Below are positions 1 through 8,719 of a stretch of DNA of 15,272 bases, in pieces; the stretch's first letter is position 1, and every line of letters starts with the position of its first letter. The notes under the pieces are model-generated. The model worked only from the letters and a program-made list of their open reading frames with translations, had not been told where the DNA came from and did no database searches. Origin of the DNA: Octopus sinensis (Eukaryota); contig NW_021825512.1 in NCBI RefSeq assembly GCF_006345805.1, forward strand, positions 1-15,272. Direction: 5' to 3'. Position numbers and translations under genes: made by a program.

Positions 1-260
1 ATTTCTTTCTTCAGCTCAAATTCCTTGAATCGGATTTGGGACACTGGAAGTCGGGAGCATACCCTTTCGGCTTCTAATCACCTCTAGAATTCTGCTCGAC
101 TAAAAGTGCTATCAAATTCGAATATGCAAGCGAAGAATTTCTGCTCTCCCCTTTCCACGTTCTCAAATAACCTTTGCACTTGATTTTTTAATGTTTTTTT
201 CCCCCATACTTTTGGTGAGTAGTTTAGGCAAACACTATCTGAGAGAGATCTTCTTTAAGT

Positions 261-303
261 ATTAGAAATAGCTGAAGAAATTTCTTTAGCTGCTATTTCT
301 AAT
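261..303. repeat. Near-perfect 43-bp hairpin (second copy at 806-848)
   Basis: ATTAGAAATAGCTGAAGAAA / TTTCTTTAGC-TGC-TATTTCTAAT: 20-bp arms with one G-T pair, a 3-nt bulge and no loop. Confidence 0.85.
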
Positions 304-662
304 GAGTTCAGTTGTGGCAAAGTAATTTATTTTACTAAGCCCTTATATATAATGTAATATTTTGAATTCGCCTATAATGGTCCCTTTACATACTGAATAC
401 TGGTGAAATTGATTAATAATTAATTAATTTTACCCTCAATGTTGAAATTATAATTCATCATCTCTCTCTCGCTAAATCTACGTTAATACATGGTGTTTGT
501 CAATTTTAACCCACGCTGGTGGAAAGGGGAGAGAGCAGAAATTCTTCGCTTGCATATTCGAATTTGATATCACTTTTAGTCCGAGCAGAATCTAGAGGTG
601 ATTAGAAGCCGAAAGGGTATGCTCCCGACTTCCAGTGTTCCCAAATCCGATTCAAGGAATTC

Positions 663-714
663 TGAGCTGAAGAAAGAAATGTCGAATTGACTAATCTAGA
701 AACGTACGTTCTCA
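663..714 (+). ncRNA. Type I hammerhead ribozyme motif, intact core
   Basis: TGAG | CTGAAGA | A-AGA-AAT-GTC-GAATT-GAC-TAA-TCT-A | GAAAC | GTAC | GTT | CTCA. Stem I TGAG/CTCA; stem II AGA/TCT plus GTC/GAC; palindromic stem III AACGTACGTT; GUU triplet. Confidence 0.7.
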
Positions 715-887
715 ATAACCTTTGCACTTGATTTTTTAATGTTTTTCCCCCATACTTTTGTGAGTTAGTTTAAGGCAAACACTATCTGAGAGATCTTCTT
801 TAAGTATTAGAAATAGCTGAAGAAATTTCTTTAGCTGCTATTTCTAATGAGTTCAGTATGTGGCAAAGTAATTATTTACTAAGCCCT

Positions 888-893
888 TATATA

Positions 894-930
<37 letters not shown>

Positions 931-964
931 ACATACTCACACGCACACGCACGCGCGCGCACTC
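888..964. repeat. (TA)n followed by (CA)/(CG) mixed microsatellite
   Basis: Direct reading of sequence. Confidence 0.95.
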
Positions 965-1111
965 GCATAACTAGATAGAAGTGCTGACTTCCAATATAGA
1001 ATTGAAGCATATTTGATGAGATTAGTGAGAATCTTTTACTTCCTTCTTTTTCAACATGAAAAGTCAATTAGATTGTGTGAACAATCTGTATAGAATACCT
1101 CTTGGTGTTAC

Positions 1112-1163
1112 TGTTGTTGTTGTTGGTGTTGTTGTTGCTTGTTGTTGCTCTCATTGTTGTTGT
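1112..1163. repeat. Imperfect (GTT)n microsatellite
   Basis: Direct reading of sequence. Confidence 0.9.
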
Positions 1164-1376
1164 CTCTCCATAATCTACTATTTTCTCCCGCCACCTTCCC
1201 CGCCTCCCCCGTCATCCTCCTTCTAACATCGTCGTCCAAAACCGAACCAATTCCAAGAAATCACAAGCAATATAATATTTTAACATCTTTGCCATTCTTC
1301 ATAATATGTTTCCAATACTTTAATATTGAAATTCATCAAAAGGTGAATTTCATTTATTTACTTATTTTTTCTAAAT

Positions 1377-1380
<4 letters not shown>

Positions 1381-1418
<38 letters not shown>

Positions 1419-1737
1419 TATATATAGATATATAATATATATATATATATTATATAATATATATATATATGTATATTATATATATATAGAATATACACAC
1501 ATATGTATACATACATACGTATATGAATAGATACAAACATACATACATACATACATACATACATACATAATACATACATACATACACACATATTATATAT
1601 ATATACACACACACACACACCATATATATATAATATATATATATACATATATTTGTATGTATGTATGTACGTAAGTATATATATATATGAATACATATTG
1701 TGTGGGTTATATATTATATGGGATGTATGTATGTACG

Positions 1738-1798
<61 letters not shown>

Positions 1799-1800
1799 AT
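1381..1800. repeat. Compound (TA)n/(TACA)n/(CA)n/(TATG)n/(TG)n microsatellite block
   Basis: Direct reading; source of several spurious YIYI/VCVC ORFs. Confidence 0.95.
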
Positions 1801-3680
1801 CGTATGTATGTATTTATATGTATTATAAACAATTTTTTTCCGTTGATGTTTATACGAATGTGATATATATAAGTAATGTTTGGAAATGACATAAAACGAA
1901 GAAGAATAAAGAAATAGAAAGAAAAGAAAAGAAATTTCTATAAAATAATAAAAACATGAAAAGAATTCCTTGTAATATAGAGAGAACCATGTTTCTTGTT
2001 GTTCGCTAGTTTTATGTCTTGCTTTCTTGGAACCACCCACCCCTCACATCTACAGCCGTAACTACGTAACTACAATCATACATATATATATATACACACA
2101 TATACGTAGTTTCGATTTATATATACTCACACGCATACGCACTCACATATTTATTACTTTCTTTTAAATGTTTCCCAGAAAATGTATCAGAAGAAGGAAG
2201 ACATTTCAAGATTCTAGATTGAAATCACTTTTGGAATTAAGTTGAAATATGAGTCATTTGATTCCTGATATTTCTTGGTGCAGATTAATAAGGACAGCAG
2301 CAAATAAATTCTTTGTTTTCATTTGTCTCTCTCTTCTGCTTTATCAGAATATCTGCCTACACTGAAGAAATGTTTTTATATATATATTTTTTTATATATT
2401 TATATATTTTTTAATATATATATATTTTTTTTATACAACTTGAACTTATGACATGATAAAGCTTTGATATGTCTTTCGTGTGTGTTAGTTACTGTGTGTG
2501 ATATCATAAAAAGAGGAAAAAACTGTAAAAAGAAAAAAAGATAATTAAAAACCAAAATTCACACAAGTGACAATGTTAACAAAGAAATATGACAAATAAT
2601 AAAACAACAAAAAACATTTTGTTTTTTCTTGTTTTTTTCTTCTTCTTTTCTTTAATCTTTCATTGTTTCCGTTTTTTATTTCTGTCCACCATAAATCTTG
2701 GAGATAGTGGTGAAAATGTATGTTCTATAGAAATATATATCAATAATTAGTACAGTTAGGTAGCTGACAAGGTAGCACGGTGCTGGTCTTATCAACTTCC
2801 GATTACAAAGAGTTGAGTTCCAGCCTGGAGTTCTGTGACTGAAATTGGTACCTATACCTTTCTATCCTATTTACCGCATATGCCATATCTAAGTATTAAA
2901 AGTACCCTGTCACTGTTCCTTTCACCTTACCTAAAATGCATACTCCGGGTAGGCCAATTCTGCTCTTGCCCACCTGTTGTTCAACACACTAGAAGATAGT
3001 TCCTCCCTCTCTAAACCTAATCCCTGTCTTATTTTTACCTTCCTCCTCAAGTGGTTTTGCAAAGAGAAACAAAACTACAAACCTTTCAGAAAAAATATCG
3101 ATCTACGAGTGCACTATACAATTTCTTTTACTATAGCGGCGAAGGAGGGGAAGACTAGTCGCCCTTCTCAAACAAAGGAAGGAGGTGCGTCGATTCGTAC
3201 AATTTACTCGGTTGATAGCCAGATTGGGTCCTACACTTGACAACAGTAGCTAATGCAAGTACACAACTCGCTAATGCGAGGACACTGAACACGGCATGCA
3301 GGACGATCACTGTCTTGCATGTATTTCGGTCAGATTCGGTTATTCTTCTGTGCCTGGAGAGCATGTCTCGAACAGCTAATGGTCACCTGTAGCTTTCACG
3401 CTAATGACTTTTGGAAGTTGTCTATAGTCCTCGAATAGAAAGTTCCCCAGAAGAGACTGCTCTCGTCAATGCCCAGGGTTGCTCCTAGAACATCATCGCT
3501 CATACCCTCGACTGACTTGTTCTAGAATAACGAGTGTTGTATTCCTGCTGATGGCATTGCCCAGCTGATAGAATTCTGTGCTTGGCAACATTCCAAATGC
3601 TAAACATCCAACCTCAAATCTACGCCTGACACATCATTGTTGCTGTAGCTCAGTCAAATATATATATATATATATATATA

Positions 3681-3793
3681 TCACGTGATCACGTGACCGA
3701 CCTGGCTATCAGATGTTGCCTCACATCGCTGGTCAGGATGCGTTTCGCATTGTTTTAGCCTTCAAATGAGCCACCCCGCTGGCTAAGCGAGCA
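3681..3793. repeat. Short interspersed repeat between (TA)n runs, beginning with the palindrome TCACGTGATCACGTGA
   Basis: More GC-rich island flanked by (TA)n at 3658-3680 and 3796-3913. It resembles an abundant octopus repeat from memory (unverified). Confidence 0.5.
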
Positions 3794-3795
3794 AG

Positions 3796-3816
3796 ATATA
3801 TAATATATATATATGT

Positions 3817-3868
<52 letters not shown>

Positions 3869-3913
3869 TATATATATATATATATATATGTATGTATATA
3901 TATGTATATATAT
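3796..3913. repeat. (TA)n/(TATG)n microsatellite
   Basis: Direct reading of sequence. Confidence 0.95.
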
Positions 3914-4557
3914 GTCCTCCATTCTGACCATCCTTCCACTACCCGCCATTTGGAAGCTTTTGTATCGTCCATAGCTTCTTCCATATTTGTGCACTCACTG
4001 AAGAACATTTAGCTGTTATTTTTTTCTATTGGTTGAGCGTTTACACGGAAGCTGTGATAGTAGTTCACATCATAAATCAGTAATTTAGATTGGAGAGATA
4101 AACTGTCTTTATGAGAAGACACTAGAACGGAAATAAAAGAACAGATCGAAAATGAAAACCATTTTTCTATCTTCTTTCAACAAAGACATCAAAGGAGAAA
4201 ACCAAACTGGATTCCAAGAACACTGGTGATTGTGAATAAAGTTGACTAAGTTTGTGGTGCTATGAGGATAGGGAAAATATGAAGTTTCAGTCGAGAAAAT
4301 GAATGAGAAGTGTATTAGCTGGCTGTAAAAGAGGTTCCACCAACATCCGACATTCCCTCTCCCTACCTCCTCGCCGTCCCCTATTCTTGTCTCAAAGTTA
4401 CATAAACTTATGGTAAATTGGTTTAGTTAAACCAAATCTATGTCCCACCCTCCACAAGAGTTCAGAAACTGACCTTTTAGGAATTTTTCATCAAACTAAA
4501 ACGGAGATCGAAGTTCAATTATTGATTTATTGATTTGGTTTACTCTGGTTGCTGTTT

Positions 4558-5055
4558 TTGTTGTTTAGCTCCAGGCCAGCTCTGATTGAATAAACCTATG
4601 ATCAAAGACGTTCCACGCGTGACCTATCTCTTTAAAAGATATATTTTGTCTAGGGTTACATAATCCTGTGGGTTTCACTTTTTTAGGGTGCGAGAATTAA
4701 GGAACATTAGCTGATATTTTTAGCATGTGCACTTGTTTGATAGTTAGTGTTCTATTGTTGTTGAATTCCCAGATGTTCCATCCGTGACCAACCCATCTTT
4801 TTTTATAGCCATCGCGTACCTAGACCTACTATACAATACATCCTTCCCTAGGTCAGTCATCAATGAACAGACTTACGATCAAAGACTTTCCGGACATAAC
4901 CAAGCTTTCTTTTTGTTTTTTTTTTACATCAGGGACTTCATTGTTCAATGATTTTAATGTTTTTTTTCTTTTGCTGTTTGAAGACGACAGAATGTGGTTT
5001 AAAGGAAATTTGGTTGCCATTTCTCGCAGGTCAAATGACTACATAGAGACTTCCC
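4558..5055 (+). repeat. Cluster of diverged copies of an interspersed repeat (head ...GATCAAAGAC.TTCC..GTGACC..., tail ...TAGCTG.TATTT.TAGCA...)
   Basis: 4571-4614 aligns to 4847-4890 at 32/44 by hand; partial third head at 4755-4803; tail-like motifs near 4700-4730 and 5005-5050. Confidence 0.55.
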
Positions 5056-5464
5056 TTTCATATCTGTAATCCTTCTCATATGAAGCAAGTATATAACATT
5101 TCCATTTCGTGGTCAACACATCAGGTCACCCTTTGATGGATACCACTGATCTCTGAAAAGGCCAACGGGTCGCTTCTGTTTACCAGACAACGCCACAAGA
5201 TGGAAAAAACACGCATAGATTGGCTGGAAACCAATTCCCTGGCAAATTAATACAAGTAGAAACTTAAACCAAATTACCATTCTCGATTTGACATTCTTGG
5301 TCTTTACCAATCTCATTTGACATTTGCGTGTGTCAGGAATGGTTCCAAGATTAACTGGAAACCACTAGTTTCTTAGAGTCGAGATAGGCTACGTTATCTG
5401 AAGAATTGTTCTTGTAGTTTTCTTTAGATTTTAGCATCTTGAATTTCTTGATAACAGCATAATA

Positions 5465-5474
5465 TTACTACTAG

Positions 5475-5554
<80 letters not shown>

Positions 5555-5594
5555 ATAATAATAATAATAATAAGAAGAAGAAGAAGAAGAAGAA
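5465..5594. repeat. Compound trinucleotide run (TAC)n-(TAA)n-(GAA)n
   Basis: Direct reading of sequence. Confidence 0.95.
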
Positions 5595-5802
5595 ATGCTA
5601 TAAGTATCCGTGCTATTCCAGAGGAGTTAAAACTGAAATGCTGGCATTTCTAATGGAATCGCCAGTTCTTTCATAACTGACAATTGGTTCTGATAGTTGA
5701 AGAAATGGCATTTAACCAAAATCATTCCATATTTTTGTTTTCGTTTCTTTTTTTTCCTCCATATTTTTCTTTATTAATTTCTTTTTCCCTTCTCCTCTTC
5801 AG

Positions 5803-5925
5803 AAACTTAAGTGGCGGAACTGGGAAGAATATTGGACTCCAAACGAAAGAGGCGATGGTTCGAGTTTTGCTACGGCATTATATTCACGACTACATATCTC
5901 GCTGGCTGAGTTCACCTTTCAGTGA
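5803..5925 (+). other. Candidate internal or terminal exon (unverified)
   Basis: Strong pyrimidine tract ending CTCTTCAG at 5781-5802, followed by more complex sequence open in two frames (KLKWRNWEEYWTP...FTFQ*). No recognised homolog. Confidence 0.2.
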
Positions 5926-6070
5926 ATAGGAATCATCGACGTAATGAACGACTAGACTGGCTAGAGAGGCTTACGTTTACATACATACGAAAACATACGT
6001 ATATACATGTATACATATATATATACATATATACATACGTGCTGACATCTGTGTACTTGTCTATATATAT

Positions 6071-6178
6071 TCTTTGATTCTTTTACTTGTTTCAGACTGC
6101 AGCCATGCTCCCACGCAGTGCAACTGAACCCAGAACCATGTGGTTTGGAAGCAAGCTTCTTACCACACAACCACTCCT
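6071..6178 (-). mobile_element. Internally deleted tRNA-derived SINE (Pol III head fused to 3' tail)
   Basis: Minus strand has an A-box-like TGGTTGTGTGG (6163-6173) and a B-box-like GGTTCAGTTGC (6120-6130). 6077-6095 is identical over 19 nt to 14402-14420, the end of the longer SINE piece. Confidence 0.65.
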
Positions 6179-6195
6179 CCCTCTCTCTCTCTCTC

Positions 6196-6227
<32 letters not shown>
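6179..6227. repeat. (CT)n-(TA)n microsatellite, insertion site of the Tc1/mariner element
   Basis: Direct reading of sequence. Confidence 0.95.
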
Positions 6228-6230
<3 letters not shown>

Positions 6231-6306
6231 GGTCAGGCAAAATGATCTGAGACATTTGTAGGTTAAATAAAAGGCATTGTTTTTCGTTTCTTTTTCAGTT
6301 GCTGCC

Positions 6307-6531
6307 ATGAATTGGACTGGTGAGCATCGCGCTTTCATTGTGGAAACGTTTATCAAAACAAACGATTCTGTAACTGCAACACAAAGAGCGTTCCATTTGC
6401 ACTTCAATCTTGGTAGATATGATCCTGTACCAGCTCGAAACACGATCTTGTTATGGGTTACCAACTTCAGAGCTACTGGATCTGCATTGAAACGAAAATC
6501 AACCGGCCGACCTCGCACCGCCAGAACTTAA
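6307..6531 (+). pseudogene. Truncated transposase N-terminal helix-turn-helix (DUF4817-like), 74 aa, open with its own stop
   Basis: MNWTGEHRAFIVETFIKTNDSVTATQRAF...VPARNTILLWVTNFRATGSALKRKSTGRPRTART*. GRPR motif present; the stop TAA is created at the deletion junction. Confidence 0.85.
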
Positions 6532-6667
6532 AGATGCAATTCGTCAAGAAATTACTGCCATTCCACATGAAATGACCCGCCGAGTTATTGACAACTTTCG
6601 TGAACGCCTTCGACAGTGTGTGGACAATAATGGATCCCATTTGACTGATTTAATTTTTAAAACATAA
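6524..6667 (+). pseudogene. Transposase C-terminal remnant (different frame)
   Basis: ELKDAIRQEITAIPHEMTRRVIDNFRERLRQCVDNNGSHLTDLIFKT*, a typical Tc1/mariner C-terminal helix region. Confidence 0.85.
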
Positions 6668-6808
6668 TGAAACAAAATGGCATTATATGTACTTTTCAAA
6701 AATAAAAACACTTTTTTGTTTCTTTACTTCATTTGCCTTTTATTTAACCTACAAATGTGTCAGATCATTTTGCCTGACCCTATATATCCCTGTTTGTCGA
6801 CTTTTGCG

Positions 6809-7365
6809 ATGGCTGAATCGAAGGAATAGCATGTTGCCGTGAAATTCTGTTTTCAGCCGTGCTTCCGTGAAAAGGCGGCCGAAATAGTTGCCATGCCTCA
6901 AACAGCTTACAGGGACGCTGCCATCAGCAAGACACAAGTTTACGAGTGGTTTTCACTCTTTATGAATGGTCAGTTGCTGCTTGAAGACCGGCCTCGTTCA
7001 GGGCGACCATCCACCACCTGACGAACTTGATATGATTGATGTGTTCTTGGAGCTCCAGTCAACGAATTTTGAGCGAGGAATAGCGAATGAAAAGTGTTGT
7101 AGTAAAAATTGTGCCCCGCTCGCTCACGGAAGATCAAAAGTAGTCACGAATGGAAGCGTTTCATGAACTGAAAGAACAGTTGGAAGTTGATCCGGAACTT
7201 TTTTTTATTTCCGAAGCTCATCACTGGTGATGAAAGCTGGTGCTACGGAATTTGCAGATGTGGAAGAGATGAAGGGAAAAAACGGCGGAGGTGTTAAAAG
7301 GCATCACTTCGCAAGAGTTCCAGGACTGCTTCGAACAATGGAAAACGCGATTGGACGGATGCATT
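6809..7365 (+). pseudogene. Decayed mariner (DD34D-type) transposase with stops, frameshifts and internal deletions
   Basis: MAESKE*HVAVKFCF...AAISKTQVYEWFS...EDRPRSGRPST; KIVPRSLTEDQK; KLITGDESWCYG; then directly FADVEEMK...LKGITSQEFQDCFEQWKTRLDGCI. No TIRs found. Confidence 0.9.
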
Positions 7366-7786
7366 CTGCCTGAGCTTCAAATTTATATACCTGATTGTTG
7401 TTCCTTCACCTGTCTTCATCTTTTGCTTTCCGGAAATTTGGACTCCATCCATCCATCCACCCATCCATACATACATACATGTATGCAAGCATATACATTA
7501 AACATATTATAGTAGCACTAGAAAAGCACAAAGAGCTCGTCTGTGTGTCGGAGGTTAGCTTGGGTCCGTGTGTGAGTTTATGCCAATTACCGCATAATTT
7601 CTTTGTCTTCAACGTCGCGCGCGCGCGCACACACAGATTGAAGCGGAGAGATTTCCCTGTTAAGAAATTCTAATCGCAAGACAAACTCACAGCTTCAGTT
7701 CCACGAAAGAACTTATATCCGCTACAACACATACTGAGCACCGTTCATTCGTTCGACATTAAGTTATGTATATATATGTATATATA

Positions 7787-7972
7787 GGGAGAGTTTACGC
7801 AAAAATCAAAAGACGAAGACAGGTGGTGTACAAAACAAACAGATGTATTAGTATAACGCTCGGGAATAGAAAAAGTCTTTTACGTTTCGAGCCTACGCTC
7901 TTCTACAAAAAGGGACACAGAAAAAACAAGGAGAGAAAAATATGTGTAGTGGCTAACGATCTATCATGGCGA

Positions 7973-7975
<3 letters not shown>
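7787..7975 (-). mobile_element. Short (TA)n-flanked PLE-type non-autonomous repeat with a degenerate HHR
   Basis: Flanked by TA-rich runs on both sides; contains the HHR-like motif at 7875-7916. It shares GAAGAGC..GCTCGAAACGT and downstream GAGCGT..TAATAC with the element at 9419-10730. Confidence 0.6.
7875..7916 (-). ncRNA. Degenerate minimal type I hammerhead motif
   Basis: GTC(CC)TTT | TTGTAGA | A-GAGC-GTAG-GCTC | GAAAC | GTA | AAAGAC. Two core mismatches to CUGANGA; ACGT palindrome in stem III. Confidence 0.5.
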
Positions 7976-8058
<83 letters not shown>

Positions 8059-8102
8059 GTATATGTGTGGTGTATTATTATATATTGTGTGTGTGTGTGT
8101 GA
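7976..8102. repeat. (TA)n-(TG)n microsatellite
   Basis: Direct reading of sequence. Confidence 0.95.
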
Positions 8103-8539
8103 GTGTACATATAAACAGACGCACAATCTCGTCCATATATTTATTGTACTACGAAAAAAAAAATTGAAGATCCTCAAAGCCAAGTAAAAACAAAGGCAGT
8201 ACAGAAGCAGAAAGAGTAACTGAAAGTTCTCTGACGCAAATCTTGTGACACATCATCAGCCGCAGTCAGAAAATTAGCTTCTCCACTTTTGGACTCCCAT
8301 TTTATACACAGATTACACTCATCTCCGGTTAGTAACACTAAGAAGACACATTGACACACATCTCCATATATCGGCTTCTACTTTTGCTGTTGTTGTCTTT
8401 CTGCTCAGTGAAATGGTTTGTGGTTCGTCACAATTTTTTTATCCATTCTTGCGTGAGAGTGTTTAGTACCAGTTGGCTTGTTTACTGTTTCTCTCCGTAA
8501 TGTAGCCTCTATCTTTTCCACACAGATACATACGTAAAT

Positions 8540-8556
8540 CATACGCACGCACGCAT

Positions 8557-8588
<32 letters not shown>

Positions 8589-8624
8589 TCTCTCTCTCTC
8601 TCTATCTCTCACACACACACACAT

Positions 8625-8671
<47 letters not shown>

Positions 8672-8672
8672 T
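8540..8672. repeat. Alternating (CA)n/(CT)n microsatellite
   Basis: Direct reading of sequence. Confidence 0.95.
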
Positions 8673-8719
8673 ACAGAATATAAAACCAAACATACAGAAA
8701 GATATAGAAGGCATATAAA

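Larger units (their letters stand above)
1..897 (+). mobile_element. PLE pseudo-LTR-like repeat in inverted plus direct duplicated arrangement, carrying a hammerhead motif
   Basis: 1-158 is the reverse complement of 519-680, and 159-353 is directly repeated at 708-897, with mostly 1-bp indel differences. HHR at 663-714; ends in GCCCTTATATA before a (TA)n run. The PLE assignment is inferred from the HHR plus inverted-duplication architecture. Confidence 0.6.
6228..6782 (+). mobile_element. Non-autonomous 555-bp Tc1/mariner deletion derivative, DD41D (rosa/Visitor)-like
   Basis: 49-bp TIRs at 6228-6276 and 6734-6782 (2 mismatches) with TA on both sides. It retains a transposase N-terminus and C-terminus but lacks the catalytic core. 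The subfamily call rests on the DUF4817-type N-terminus and the ...GxHLxDxIFKT* C-terminus. Confidence 0.9.

Noticed and set aside
879-2040. ORFs rich in YIYI/VCVC/HTHT (also 3733-4008, 5961-6518, 7766-8187, 8962-9283, 10666-10905, 14075-14266)
   Set aside because: They are translations of (TA)n, (TG)n and (CA)n microsatellites, which lack stops in some frames.
2161-2222. Acceptor-like TTTCCCAG at 2171-2178 followed by ENVSEEGRHFKILD*
   Set aside because: Short, no homolog recognised, and such AG contexts are common in AT-rich DNA; it needs RNA-seq junction evidence.
3240-3520. Minus-strand peptides (GIDESSLFWGTFYSRT, MQDSDRPAC) vaguely like Tc1/pogo DDE motifs
   Set aside because: Motif spacing is wrong, several frameshifts are needed and no TIRs were found; it cannot be distinguished from chance without a frameshift-aware HMM search.
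5160-5290. Plus-strand fragments ANG..LF/DNA, DWLETN and WQINTSRNLNQI resembling the Tc1/maT QDxA...WPxxSPDLNP region
   Set aside because: Requires several frameshifts and a deletion, and similarity does not continue downstream; suggestive only.
7615-7635. (CG)n(CA)n tract with Z-DNA potential
   Set aside because: A short simple repeat with no contextual evidence of function.
8253-8259. Minus-strand CTGATGA followed by a TGTG-T-CACA hairpin
   Set aside because: No GAAA or stem III follows, so it is not a hammerhead.
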